The notes below the pieces were generated by a model. It searched no databases and was not told the DNA's origin. It saw only the letters and a list, made by a program, of their open reading frames with translations. Position numbers and translations under genes: made by a program. Below are positions 36,205 through 45,542 of a stretch of 64,000 nt of DNA, piece by piece. The first letter of the stretch is position 1. Every line of letters starts with the position of its first letter. The stretch lies in assembly GCA_016183365.1 (NCBI GenBank), contig JACPES010000003.1:105467-169466 (forward strand), given 5' to 3'. This DNA is from Candidatus Collierbacteria bacterium. Lineage in GTDB: Bacteria > Patescibacteriota > Microgenomatia > UBA1400 > JACPES01.

Positions 36205-37260
36205 ATGATTAAAATTGCAATTAACGGATTTGGTAGGATTGGAAGAACGGCGGTTAGGATTTTGGCGGAAAAATACGCCGATAAAATCGAGTTAGTGGCC
36301 ATAAATACTTCCGGTTCAATGGAAACGGAGGGTTGGGCGCATTTATTAAAATACGATACCGCTTACGGCCGGTTTAACCGTAGCGTGAAGTTTACGAAAC
36401 TTCACGCTACGGCCGAGGCAACGGATAACGATCCGGTTATCGGACAGTTGATGATCGAGGATTTGTCGGCGCCGATTTTATTGTTGGCCCAACGCGATCC
36501 GGCCAAATTGCCGTGGAAAGATTACGGAATTGATGTCGTGTTGGAATGTACCGGGATATTTGTAACTGCCGAAAAAGCCAAAGCTCATTTAAGTGCCGGC
36601 GCCAAAAGAGTGTTAATTTCCGCTCCACCCAAAGGCGGCGGAATCGGGACTTTTGTTTTGGGGGTCAATCAATACCAAAAAGGTGAAATTATTTCCAACG
36701 CCTCCTGTACTACCAATTGCGTGGCGCCGGTGGCGGCAATATTACACTCTAAATTCGGAGTCGAAAAAGCTTCGCTGTTAACGATTCATGCCTACACCGA
36801 CGACCAAAATTTGCAGGACAATTCCCATAAAGATTTGCGCCGGGCCCGGGCCGCGGCTCATAATCTGGTGCCGACGACTACCGGAGCGGCAATTTCCACC
36901 GCAGAAACAATTCCGGAATTAAAAGGCTTGTTTGACGGCCTGGCTATCCGAGCCCCGGTAATTTCCGGTTCGATTTGCGATATTACCGCGGTTTTAAAAA
37001 AAAACACCACGGTAGAAGAAGTTAATCTTGCTTTTATTGAAGCCAGCCAATCGCCGCGGTGGCAGGGAATTCTGGCAGTGACAGACGAACCCTTGGTCAG
37101 TTCCGATATCATCGGCCGGCCGGAATCGGCGATTGTGGACTTATCCTTAACCCAAGTTATCGGGGGGAATCTGGTCAAAGTTTTAGCTTGGTACGACAAT
37201 GAATACGGCTACTGCTACCGCCTGATCGAACAGACGATAGAGGTGGGTAAAAAGATTTAG
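36205..37260 (+). CDS. gap: Type I glyceraldehyde-3-phosphate dehydrogenase
   Basis: INGFGRIGR NAD-binding N-terminus, active-site ASCTTNCVAP, WYDNEYGY. Confidence 0.9.
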   Translation: MIKIAINGFGRIGRTAVRILAEKYADKIELVAINTSGSMETEGWAHLLKYDTAYGRFNRSVKFTKLHATAEATDNDPVIGQLMIEDLSAPILLLAQRDPAKLPWKDYGIDVVLECTGIFVTAEKAKAHLSAGAKRVLISAPPKGGGIGTFVLGVNQYQKGEIISNASCTTNCVAPVAAILHSKFGVEKASLLTIHAYTDDQNLQDNSHKDLRRARAAAHNLVPTTTGAAISTAETIPELKGLFDGLAIRAPVISGSICDITAVLKKNTTVEEVNLAFIEASQSPRWQGILAVTDEPLVSSDIIGRPESAIVDLSLTQVIGGNLVKVLAWYDNEYGYCYRLIEQTIEVGKKI

Positions 37261-37512
37261 TAGCACGAGTTCCTCACACACTGGCTCGTTGGCGGAATTT
37301 GCTCGTTTGCTGTCACCCCTCGTTGCTACTCGGGGCAAGCCCACTCGCTGTCGCTCGGGGTGGCCTCGGGTGGCAGCTAGCTCACTTCGCAAATTTGCCA
37401 ACTTCGCTAGTGCTCAAACGCGGAACTCATAAGCAGTAGAACGCTGATTTGCGCCAGTTTATATATCTGGCAATATTTGGAAATATTTGGTAAAGACAGA
37501 CTTAGCATTTTT

Positions 37513-37689
37513 GAGGCGCGTGAGGGAATCGAACCCTTGTATAGCGGTTTTGTCCTGCAGAGCAGGATCTAGCTTCGCTAGACAGACAGTTCCCTTCTTT
37601 GAGGCCTGGAAGGGAATCGAACCCTTGTATAGCGGTTTTGTCCTGCAGAGCAGGATCTAGCTTCGCTAGACAGACAGTTCCCTTCTTTG
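37513..37689 (-). repeat. Two tandem 88-bp direct repeats, each a double-hairpin element plus a copy of the tRNA-Cys 3' half (pseudo-tRNA units)
   Basis: 37513-37600 and 37601-37688 are near-identical. Each ends with CAAGGGTTCGATTCCCTTCCAGGCC, identical to the T-arm and acceptor 3' strand of the adjacent tRNA-Cys, but has no D-arm or 5' acceptor strand. Confidence 0.6.
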
Positions 37690-37761
37690 AGGCCTGGAAG
37701 GGAATCGAACCCTTGTATAGCGGTTTTGCAGACCGCCGCGTTACCACTTCGCCACCAGGCC
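37690..37761 (-). tRNA. tRNA-Cys (anticodon GCA)
   Basis: Minus-strand read GGCCTGG..GGCG..GCGGT-CTGCAAA-ACCGC..AAGGG-TTCGATT-CCCTT-CCAGGCC-T folds as a cloverleaf. Anticodon loop CTGCAAA carries GCA. No encoded CCA. Confidence 0.7.
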
Positions 37762-38013
37762 CTATTTCAAACTTTCTTTAATTTGCTTCATCAAATTGTT
37801 CTTCACCGCATGCATTTTCAGTTGTACTTCTCTTTTCGTCGCATCGGGCTTTTCTTTATATGCCTCATAATATACCAATATCCAAGGTCGATAAGACTTT
37901 GTCGATTTAACTTTTCCAGAATTATGTCTGAAAAACCGATTTTTTAAATCATCGGTGCAACCAACATAAAGCCTATGATCAACAGCACTTTTTAACAGAT
38001 ACACGTAATGCAT
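37762..38013 (-). CDS. GIY-YIG nuclease superfamily protein (YhbQ/YazA UPF0213-like, 83 aa)
   Basis: VYLLKS ... RLYVGCTDDLKNRFFRHNSG ... RPWILVY ... KREVQLK. Its stop abuts the 5' end of tRNA-Cys. Confidence 0.65.
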   Translation of the reverse strand: MHYVYLLKSAVDHRLYVGCTDDLKNRFFRHNSGKVKSTKSYRPWILVYYEAYKEKPDATKREVQLKMHAVKNNLMKQIKESLK

Positions 38014-38046
38014 TTATTATTTTAAGGCTGACTTCTCATAAAGAAG

Positions 38047-38115
38047 TTTTGTCCTGCAGGGCAGGATCCCGCTCCGCGGGACAGACCGCCACATTACCCT
38101 GGCTTTGCCAGACCA
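38047..38115 (-). repeat. Double-hairpin element copy fused to a tRNA-Cys-like 5' half, upstream of the GIY-YIG gene
   Basis: Minus-strand read GGTCTGGCAAAGCCAGGGTAATGTGGCGGTCTG. This resembles an acceptor strand, D-arm and anticodon stem 5' strand. It is followed by TCCCGCggaGCGGGATCCTGCcctGCAGGAcaaaac. Confidence 0.5.
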
Positions 38116-38169
38116 TTTACCTTTAGACTATTCTACCAAAGCTGATATACTTAATTCCTAAAGCTTAAG

Positions 38170-39066
38170 ATGAGAAGATTACCGCTATTACTTTTAGTTT
38201 CTTGGTTGTTATCCGGTTGCGCCATTCCGTTTATCGGCGCCGGAAAAGCCGGCTTGAAAGCCGTAACTTCTGTCCCAGCCACGGTAATTCTGGACGGCAA
38301 GCAGGAAGGGACTACACCGTTTGAAAAAACCGATCTGAAATCAAAAACTTACCGTTTGCAGCTTATTCCCCAATCCGGCCAACCGTGGGAAACTACTCTG
38401 ACGCTTCACGATGATTTATTGGCAGTAGTCGAACGGACAACCGGCGATAACGATCAGGAGTCAGAGGGTTATATTATGGAACTGGAAAAAATTTCCGATA
38501 AAACTCAGTCTCAATTAGCGGTGGTGACGATTCCCGATCCGGCCGCCGTCCGGATCGACGGTCAGCCCAAAGGTTTTGCCCCGATTACCATCCCGCTTGC
38601 CACCGACGGGAATCATGAAGTAATAGTTTCTTCGGCCGGATATAACGATAAAAAAGTCCCGTTGGCGGTTCCAAAGGGACATAAATTGACTTTAACAGTC
38701 CAATTATCCCGGACCAAAATTGTGTCTCCTTCTCCGGGAACAACCGAATCGGCTGCGCCGGACGAAACTTCAATTACGCCAACCCCCACTCCGACCGCAG
38801 CTAAGGGTCAAACTAAGGTAATTCCAACTCCAAAGCCGACTCAGGCCGCCCCGACTAAACCCTATGTAGAAATTTTGGATACTCCTACCGGTTGGTTGAG
38901 GGTTCGCGGCGAGCCCAACTCTACTAGCGGCAAGGAGTTGACCAAGATTTACCCCAAAGAAACTTATAAATTCCTGGAATCGACAGATAACGGTTGGTAT
39001 AAGATTAAACTTCCTGACGGACAAGAAGGCTGGATTTCCGGCAAATACGCCAAACTATTCCGTTAA
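38170..39066 (+). CDS. Lipoprotein with PEGA domains, a Pro/Thr-rich linker and a C-terminal SH3b domain
   Basis: Lipobox LLSGC. Two PEGA-like repeats. TPTPTPT linker. SH3b region GWLRVRGEPN ... GWYKIKLPDGQEGWISGKY. Confidence 0.6.
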   Translation: MRRLPLLLLVSWLLSGCAIPFIGAGKAGLKAVTSVPATVILDGKQEGTTPFEKTDLKSKTYRLQLIPQSGQPWETTLTLHDDLLAVVERTTGDNDQESEGYIMELEKISDKTQSQLAVVTIPDPAAVRIDGQPKGFAPITIPLATDGNHEVIVSSAGYNDKKVPLAVPKGHKLTLTVQLSRTKIVSPSPGTTESAAPDETSITPTPTPTAAKGQTKVIPTPKPTQAAPTKPYVEILDTPTGWLRVRGEPNSTSGKELTKIYPKETYKFLESTDNGWYKIKLPDGQEGWISGKYAKLFR

Positions 39067-39132
39067 ATTAACCCATAACTCCTACTTGACCGATTCGTAT
39101 TTCTTCTGTATAACAAAGCCCGAAAGGCAGAT

Positions 39133-40191
39133 GTGATCAAATCAGCTAAACCGGTTAAAGACCATAAGGTTACAGGTCATCCCAAAGACATGGATCAAAG
39201 ATTGGAAGCGGTAAACTTGGCGATGCAACAAATCCAAAAAAATTATGGAGCCGGGGCCATCATGCGTTTTGGCGAAAGCAGTCCCGAGAGCCGTCATGTT
39301 CAGTCCATCTCTACCGGAGTTTTATCTTTAGACCATGCTATCGGAGTTGGCGGCATGCCTCGGGGAAGGATTGCCGAGATCTTCGGGCCGGAATCTTCGG
39401 GCAAGACCACCTTGTGTTTGCACATAATCGCCGAAGCCCAAAAGATCGGCGGAGTCGCGGCTTTTATTGACGCCGAACACGCTCTAGATCCGACCAGAGC
39501 CGTCGGTATCGGAGTTAATTTAGATGAATTGTTAATCAGCCAACCGGATACCGGCGAGCAGGCTTTGGAAATCGCCGATACTTTGATTAGATCGGGTGCC
39601 GTGGATGTAATTATTGTGGATTCAGTGGCGGCCTTGGTCCCAAAGGCAGAATTAGAAGGCGAAATGGGTGATTCCATCATCGGACTTCAGGCCAGATTGA
39701 TGAGTCAGGCCATGAGAAAGTTGGCCGGGGCCATCAATCGCAGTAAAACGGTGATGATTTTTACCAATCAAATCCGGATGAAAATCGGGGTCATGTTCGG
39801 CAATCCGGAAACCACCCCCGGCGGCAAGGCCCTGAAATTTTTCGCTTCGGTTAGATTAGACATGCGGAAAATTGCCAATATTACCGATTCTTCAGACGTG
39901 ATCACCGGCAGCCGCCATCGGGTCAGAGTGGTTAAAAATAAAATTTCTCCGCCTTTTAGGCAGTCGGAGTTTGATATTATGAATGCTGGCGGCATCAGCC
40001 GAACCGGAGATCTTCTAGATTTGGCCGAGGAACATGGGGTAGTTGAAAAGTCCGGTTCGTTCTACAAATTCGACGGTCAGGTTTTAGCCCAGGGCCGGGA
40101 GGGGGCCAAAGACGTTTTAGCCGGGGACCCTAAACTATTCGGCGCGATTAAAACAAAAGTCGTTGAGATTTTATCCGCTAAGAAACCATAA
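39133..40191 (+). CDS. recA: Recombinase RecA
   Basis: Walker [10 protein letters not shown], an L2 loop region, and full-length conservation. Start is GTG at 39133, or alternatively ATG at 39190. Confidence 0.92.
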   Translation: MIKSAKPVKDHKVTGHPKDMDQRLEAVNLAMQQIQKNYGAGAIMRFGESSPESRHVQSISTGVLSLDHAIGVGGMPRGRIAEIFGPESSGKTTLCLHIIAEAQKIGGVAAFIDAEHALDPTRAVGIGVNLDELLISQPDTGEQALEIADTLIRSGAVDVIIVDSVAALVPKAELEGEMGDSIIGLQARLMSQAMRKLAGAINRSKTVMIFTNQIRMKIGVMFGNPETTPGGKALKFFASVRLDMRKIANITDSSDVITGSRHRVRVVKNKISPPFRQSEFDIMNAGGISRTGDLLDLAEEHGVVEKSGSFYKFDGQVLAQGREGAKDVLAGDPKLFGAIKTKVVEILSAKKP

Positions 40192-40194
40192 GAT

Positions 40195-40650
40195 GTGATT
40201 AACGAAGAGCTGGAAATGGCCAAAAGGCAAACGCTCCATTTTCTATCATTTAGATTAAGGTCAATTAAAGAAGTTAGAGCGTTTTTAGGAAAGAAGGGCC
40301 ATTTGCCTGAATTAGTTCAAAAGGCAATAGACGAGCTGGCGGAACAAAATTTTTTGGATGACCGTGGATTCGCCGGTTGGTGGGCCGAAGCCAGAATTAA
40401 ACAAGGTTGGGGTCAAGTGAAAATCAAAAACGAACTCAAGATGAAAGGGGTGGAGGAAGAAATTATAAATTCCGTAGTGGATCGGGATTGGGGGAAAATA
40501 ATCAATCAAATGATTGATAAACAGTCCGCAAAATTTGCGGGGTTGCATGGGAGAGATCAAAGGTCAAAGATGAGACAGTGGTTGTTCGGAAGGGGTTTTA
40601 CCTGGAGCCAAATTCAGAGGGCGTTTGACGATATCACCATTAACGGATAA
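40195..40650 (+). CDS. recX: Regulatory protein RecX
   Basis: 151 aa three-helix-repeat protein immediately downstream of recA. Confidence 0.7.
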   Translation: MINEELEMAKRQTLHFLSFRLRSIKEVRAFLGKKGHLPELVQKAIDELAEQNFLDDRGFAGWWAEARIKQGWGQVKIKNELKMKGVEEEIINSVVDRDWGKIINQMIDKQSAKFAGLHGRDQRSKMRQWLFGRGFTWSQIQRAFDDITING

Positions 40651-40707
40651 AATACATCTTAAGGATGACCAACAGACTAAATAATTTTAATCCCCAGAAA
40701 GGATCTT

Positions 40708-42045
40708 ATGAATCGAGTCTCTTACTCCGATCCCAATTCCGGAGTTTCTAATTCTGCCGACGAACTTCTAAAAGTTGCCAAAGAAGAGTTGGCCCAGATT
40801 AAATCCCAAAGCCAACTTATTCAAAAACAAGTCGACGAAGCCAAACAGGATAAAGACGCTTTGGATCGGGCCAGAGAATTATTGTCCCTTGATCGCCAGG
40901 AATTAATTGATAAGTTGGCCAAAATTTCTTCCCTGACTAAAGACGAAGCCAAAAAAGAACTATTAGAAGCAGTTGACAAAGAATTGGACGAAGAAGTGGC
41001 TAAAAAAGTCAGAGGGGCCGCCCAAAGAATTAAACAGGAGTCCGATAGGCTGGGGCGGGAAATATTAGCCGATGCCATGCGTCACGGGGTGACTGAAATT
41101 ACGGCAGAGTACACCATTTCGGCCGTTAAATTATCTGATGAAGGCGCCAAGGGCCGGATTATCGGCCAAGGCGGCCGGAATATCCGGGCTTTTGAAAGGG
41201 CGACCGGAGTTGACGTCGATCTGGACGAAACCCCCGGAGAAATTCGTTTAAGCTCATTTGATTCTGTCCGGCGCGAAATCGCCCGGATTTCACTTGAGAA
41301 ACTATTGCGCGACGGCCGGATCCAACCCTCCAGAATAGAAGAGATAGTCTTTAAGACTAAAGAAGAGGTTGAGAAGATTATGCTCGAGGAAGGCAAGAAA
41401 CTGGCAGAAGCAGTCAAAGTATTCTCGCTACCGACTGAATTATTACAGATACTGGGCAGATTTAAGTATCGTTTCTCTTACGGCCAAAGCATGATAATTC
41501 ACACTTTGGAAGAGACCAAAATCGGGATAGCCTTAGCCCACGAGTTAAAGGCAGACGTAGACACTGTCAGATTGGGATGCTTGTTGCACGACATTGGCAA
41601 GATAGTGGCCGACGAAGAGGGCAGCCATATTGAGTTAGGGGTTAAGCTTTTGAAAAAATTCGGGTTGCCGGATAAAGTTATCCGCTGCGTGGCAGAACAT
41701 CATGAAGATGAGCCGCTTAGTTCGGTGGAGTCGGTCATCGTCTATATTTCCGACGCAATTTCCGGCGGCCGGCCCGGCGCCAGATATGAAGATTATGAAG
41801 AGTACGCCACCAGATTAAAGAAGCTGGAAGATTTGGCAATGTCGTTTGCCGGAGTTCAGGAGGCTTTTGCGATTCAAGCCGGCCGGGAGATCAGAGTGAT
41901 TGTTAAACCGGAAGAAGTAACAGATGCCTCGGTTACCCGTTTAGCCCATGATATCGCCAAAAAGATCGAGACGGAAATGACTTACCCCGGAACGGTCACC
42001 GTCAATGCCATCCGCGAGGTCAGAGCCAGCGATGTGGCCAAGTAA
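40708..42045 (+). CDS. rny: Ribonuclease Y (KH + HD domain), lacking the usual N-terminal TM helix
   Basis: Coiled-coil N-terminus, KH motif IIGQGGRNIRAFE, HD domain HTLEE ... LLHDIGK. Confidence 0.85.
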   Translation: MNRVSYSDPNSGVSNSADELLKVAKEELAQIKSQSQLIQKQVDEAKQDKDALDRARELLSLDRQELIDKLAKISSLTKDEAKKELLEAVDKELDEEVAKKVRGAAQRIKQESDRLGREILADAMRHGVTEITAEYTISAVKLSDEGAKGRIIGQGGRNIRAFERATGVDVDLDETPGEIRLSSFDSVRREIARISLEKLLRDGRIQPSRIEEIVFKTKEEVEKIMLEEGKKLAEAVKVFSLPTELLQILGRFKYRFSYGQSMIIHTLEETKIGIALAHELKADVDTVRLGCLLHDIGKIVADEEGSHIELGVKLLKKFGLPDKVIRCVAEHHEDEPLSSVESVIVYISDAISGGRPGARYEDYEEYATRLKKLEDLAMSFAGVQEAFAIQAGREIRVIVKPEEVTDASVTRLAHDIAKKIETEMTYPGTVTVNAIREVRASDVAK

Positions 42046-42160
42046 TTGGTTATTGACAAAAATTTTCCCCTTGTTATCCTTGTTATATAGGAATGCAAAC
42101 AATTTATTCCGCTATATCTTATTTAAATGGTAAATTAGATTAGAGGGGAGGTGAAACAAA

Positions 42161-42436
42161 ATGACAAAATCAGATTTATACGCTGTTGTAGCTAAAAAAG
42201 CCCATTTGCCGAAGAACGCCGCCGAAGAAGCTGTTAACCTTTTCTTGGAAGAAGTTAAAAAAGCTTTGAAGAAAGGCGAAAAAGTAGTTTTGTCCGGTTT
42301 TGGAACCGTGTACGTATCTAAAGTTGACGACAAAAGAGTTGTTCCATTTGGACGCGAGAAAGAAGCTCGGGTGATCAAAGCTCACAGAGTCGTTAATTTC
42401 AGGGTTGGCCGGCCGTTGAAGAAATTGATTTGGTAG
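42161..42436 (+). CDS. hup: HU-family nucleoid-associated DNA-binding protein
   Basis: RBS GGGGAGGTGA. LSGFGTF-like arm (VLSGFGTVYV) ... R-x-GRNP-like (FRVGRPL). Confidence 0.85.
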   Translation: MTKSDLYAVVAKKAHLPKNAAEEAVNLFLEEVKKALKKGEKVVLSGFGTVYVSKVDDKRVVPFGREKEARVIKAHRVVNFRVGRPLKKLIW

Positions 42437-43043
42437 TTTTAGATTGTTTTAACGGGGCGAAGAAGATAGGGATATGTCGTGGCCCAAAATGCCTCAGGTC
42501 GGATTTATAAACTATGATCCGATGGATGGGAATCTCAAAATCCCGAAGGTTAATTTGGGTATCCTCGATGAGTTGCCGAAGGTCAGAAAATTGGCGATGC
42601 TTCCCCTTTCTTTTGATACGGGCTAAAGTTATATGCGGGGAATAAATATCTCCCGATGTGATAATCTTGATTCCAAATCTCATTAATATATCAATTAGTT
42701 TCTTGGTAAGGAGATTCAGCTTTTCTGATTCTCCGCCTAATCCCACCCAAATAACCGAAGGCCGGTTTATTCTGGGAAAGGCTGAAAGAGAAGTAGGATA
42801 AACCGAGAATTCCGGGATAGAAGCCGCTACAAAGGCAACGGCGCGTTCCACCCGCTTTTTAGTTTCTTCGGATATCCACCCCAAAAAAGCCAAAGTAATA
42901 TGCAGTTGATCGGAATTAACAAAATTTAAATTGGACGAATTTTCGGCCAGATGCCTTTGGACTTTAGCCAGTTCTTTTTTCAGTTCATCCGGAATTTTTA
43001 AGCTTAAAAATATTCTTTCCGGAGATTTTTTTAATGTCCTCAT
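42399..43043 (-). CDS. thpR: RNA 2',3'-cyclic phosphodiesterase (2H phosphoesterase, ThpR/LigT)
   Basis: Two H-x-T-x motifs (HITLAFLG and HITLAR). Start taken at MRTLKK (43043) rather than the extended ORF start at 43112. Confidence 0.7.
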   Translation of the reverse strand: MRTLKKSPERIFLSLKIPDELKKELAKVQRHLAENSSNLNFVNSDQLHITLAFLGWISEETKKRVERAVAFVAASIPEFSVYPTSLSAFPRINRPSVIWVGLGGESEKLNLLTKKLIDILMRFGIKIITSGDIYSPHITLARIKRKGKHRQFSDLRQLIEDTQINLRDFEIPIHRIIVYKSDLRHFGPRHIPIFFAPLKQSKTTKSISSTAGQP

Positions 43044-43110
43044 ACAGGTATTGTACCAATCTGACCAGCAAAATCCTGCCTTTATAAGCCCGGCGGGGTA
43101 AAATAGCCCC

Positions 43111-43893
43111 ATGAGGAAATATTGGGCCCTGGCTAGAGCCGAGCTTTTAGATGCTATTCAGGAGAAAGAAGAAATCTTCATTTGGATCATTATTGAAGCC
43201 ATTCCGGTCTTTGTGATGGGGTCTTTGTGGTTGGCTAATCAGAAAAGCTTGGTTCGGGTCAGCATCTCGGAAATGGTGACATACTATTTAGTAGTAATGG
43301 TTACCGCCAGGTTGACGGAGTTTTATTTTGACGAGTACGTTCAGGAAGATATCAGAGACGGAACTTTTGCCCGGTATTTGATTAAACCTATTAGGTCACC
43401 GGAGCTGTTTATTCCGGTGACCTGGGGTCGGAAATTATTCGCGAATTTAATACTACTGCCGATAATCGCCCTGATGATTATTGGTTTCAGGCAATATTTG
43501 GTGTTCCCGGATTTAGCCGGCGTTTTATTGTTTGCGGCCTTTCTATTTATTTCTTCGTTTATCCGTTACTCGCTGTCAGTTTTAGTGACTACAGGGGCTT
43601 TCTATTGGGAGCAGACTCATTCTTTAGTTCATTTGCGCTGGATTTTGGAAACTGTGGCCGGCGGATATGTCTTGCCGCTGATTTTTTATCCAGATTGGTT
43701 GAGATTTATTCCAGACAGTCTGCCATTTAAGTATATTTATTTTGTGCCGACGGCTGTGTTTACCGGCATGATTACCAATAGTGAAGCCGCCAACAATTTG
43801 CTGCCGGCTTTCTTATGGATGATTGGGTTACTGGTGATTAGTCATTTGGCGTGGAGGATCGGAGTCAAAAGGTACATCAGTGTCGGAGGTTAA
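43111..43893 (+). CDS. ABC-2 family transporter permease
   Basis: Six-TM permease of the ABC-2 type. Paralogous to 46973-47767. Confidence 0.55.
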   Translation: MRKYWALARAELLDAIQEKEEIFIWIIIEAIPVFVMGSLWLANQKSLVRVSISEMVTYYLVVMVTARLTEFYFDEYVQEDIRDGTFARYLIKPIRSPELFIPVTWGRKLFANLILLPIIALMIIGFRQYLVFPDLAGVLLFAAFLFISSFIRYSLSVLVTTGAFYWEQTHSLVHLRWILETVAGGYVLPLIFYPDWLRFIPDSLPFKYIYFVPTAVFTGMITNSEAANNLLPAFLWMIGLLVISHLAWRIGVKRYISVGG

Positions 43894-44685
43894 ATGAAAA
43901 CTTTCTTTCGATATTTATCGCTTTACCGCCGAGTATTCATTCAGGCAGTGATGCAAAATTTGGCATATCCGCAAAATTTCGTGGTTTGGATGCTGGTGGA
44001 TGTTGCTTGGGCTGTCGTGAATATCGGATTTTTCAGGATTATATTATTTAACATCCCGGAAATATCCGGTTGGACTTTTGACCAGCTGGCTATTCCGTTG
44101 GGGATTTTATATTTATTGAATACATTTATATGGGGGTTTTTCTACGGAAATATGAAGTCAATTCCGGAATATGTCAATAAGGGAGAACTAGATTTGCTAT
44201 TGGTTAAGCCGGTAAATTCGCAATTTATGGTTTCAACCCGCCAAATCGGGTTGGGTACTTTGCCTTCCGCGGCTGCCGGGCTGTATTTATTGTGGTATGG
44301 GTTTCAGGTTAACAGCGTTTCTTGGCAAATGGCAGGAGTGGTTCCGTTGGCGTTGCTGGCTTCCGGGATAATCTCGTACTCTTTGTGGTTGATGACTGTA
44401 ACCTTGTCTTTTTGGACCAACCGATTGTATAACGTTCCTGATTTATTTGCCAACGCCGTGGATATAGCCAGATATCCTGTTGCTATTTTCCGCCAGCCGG
44501 CCAAGTTTATCCTGACCTTTATTTTGCCGTTTGCCATATTGGGATTTTTGCCGGCCGAAATTATTCTGGGGAAAATCAGCCCCCTTTGGCTGTTATGGCC
44601 GATGGGGCTGACTATTTTATTGCTATTTATTAGTAGCCGGTTTTGGAAATTCTCCCTGTGCCGCTACCAAAGCGCCAGTTCATAG
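43894..44685 (+). CDS. ABC-2 family transporter permease (ends ...CRYQSASS)
   Basis: Six-TM permease. Paralogous to 47943-48728. Confidence 0.55.
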   Translation: MKTFFRYLSLYRRVFIQAVMQNLAYPQNFVVWMLVDVAWAVVNIGFFRIILFNIPEISGWTFDQLAIPLGILYLLNTFIWGFFYGNMKSIPEYVNKGELDLLLVKPVNSQFMVSTRQIGLGTLPSAAAGLYLLWYGFQVNSVSWQMAGVVPLALLASGIISYSLWLMTVTLSFWTNRLYNVPDLFANAVDIARYPVAIFRQPAKFILTFILPFAILGFLPAEIILGKISPLWLLWPMGLTILLLFISSRFWKFSLCRYQSASS

Positions 44686-44698
44686 TACAATTAGATGA

Positions 44699-45037
44699 AT
44701 GATTATTACCAAGTCAAAACCGTTCACTACAAAAGAAATCGCCAAGCTACGTCAACTATTTGACGTCTATATTAAAACCGTAATTGACGTTCGGAAGAAA
44801 ATTTGTTCCGCCGGATGCGACAGGCACTTCGAATCAGAAAAAGTTCTTCTGGATCAGGGCTCGTCACAAAAAGATTTATGGGGAGGCGGAATTGACCTTG
44901 AAACCAGGATTATCGACTGCAATTCTGTTATCAATATCAGGCCTAATCAAGGTAATACCAGCAACGAAATCCAAGATCCGACCACACGAGCACAGTTTGA
45001 ACAGCTGACAAAATTCTTCGTCCAATCAATCTTATGA
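44699..45037 (+). CDS. Hypothetical protein
   Basis: ORF in an AT-rich insert between permease and ATPase genes. Confidence 0.3.
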   Translation: MIITKSKPFTTKEIAKLRQLFDVYIKTVIDVRKKICSAGCDRHFESEKVLLDQGSSQKDLWGGGIDLETRIIDCNSVINIRPNQGNTSNEIQDPTTRAQFEQLTKFFVQSIL

Positions 45038-45303
45038 ATAACCAAGTTGTCTTAGAATCTCTAGCAAGCGATTTGAGACGAGTCGCCTTAGGTCTTCAAC
45101 GAGGATCAACAACAATGGCCAACCGATTCGCCCAGGAGGCTCTTCGTCGCAGAAATGAAGTTGAAATCTCATCAGTGGACGAATATATCAAGAAACTCTT
45201 AAGGCAATTAGACAAGGCAATGGAAGACCCGGAAGATGCCCTTATGTACAGCACCATTCTCCAAAATTACGCCCTTCATCGCTACCAAAGCGCTTCGTCC
45301 TAA
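45034..45303 (+). CDS. Hypothetical helical protein whose last 8 codons (HRYQSASS) duplicate the permease C-terminus
   Basis: DNA cgctaccaaagcgc is shared with the 3' end of the 43894-44685 gene. Confidence 0.3.
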   Translation: MNNQVVLESLASDLRRVALGLQRGSTTMANRFAQEALRRRNEVEISSVDEYIKKLLRQLDKAMEDPEDALMYSTILQNYALHRYQSASS

Positions 45304-45542
45304 TTTTCATTGTTTCTCTCTTCTTGCATCTTGATCGCCAAAGCTACGCCCGCTCCGATACAAGATTCTGCATCCCTCATTGGCGGCAATTCTTTGTAAA
45401 GGTTTCCTGTTTCCGTTAATTCGGACATACTTTAATGCTAGTATAGATTTTATATTTATATATTCAACCAGAAGTTTAAACATCCTTATTTTTTAAATTT
45501 CCACCCAGATGGTCTTAAATAGAGTTGATATAATCTTTAGAT

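Noticed and set aside
37513-37689. Possible CRISPR array (two 88-bp repeats)
   Set aside because: The repeats are contiguous with no spacers, are tRNA-derived, and no cas genes are adjacent.
37599-37947. + strand ORFs (60 and 86 aa) overlapping the tRNA-Cys/pseudo-tRNA cluster
   Set aside because: They are repeated translations of the tandem repeat (MRPGRESNPCIAVL twice). This is an artefact of the repeats.
45308-45433. 41-aa minus-strand ORF between the hypothetical gene and the ABC ATPase
   Set aside because: No RBS or homology evidence. It is likely non-coding promoter DNA for the ATPase gene.
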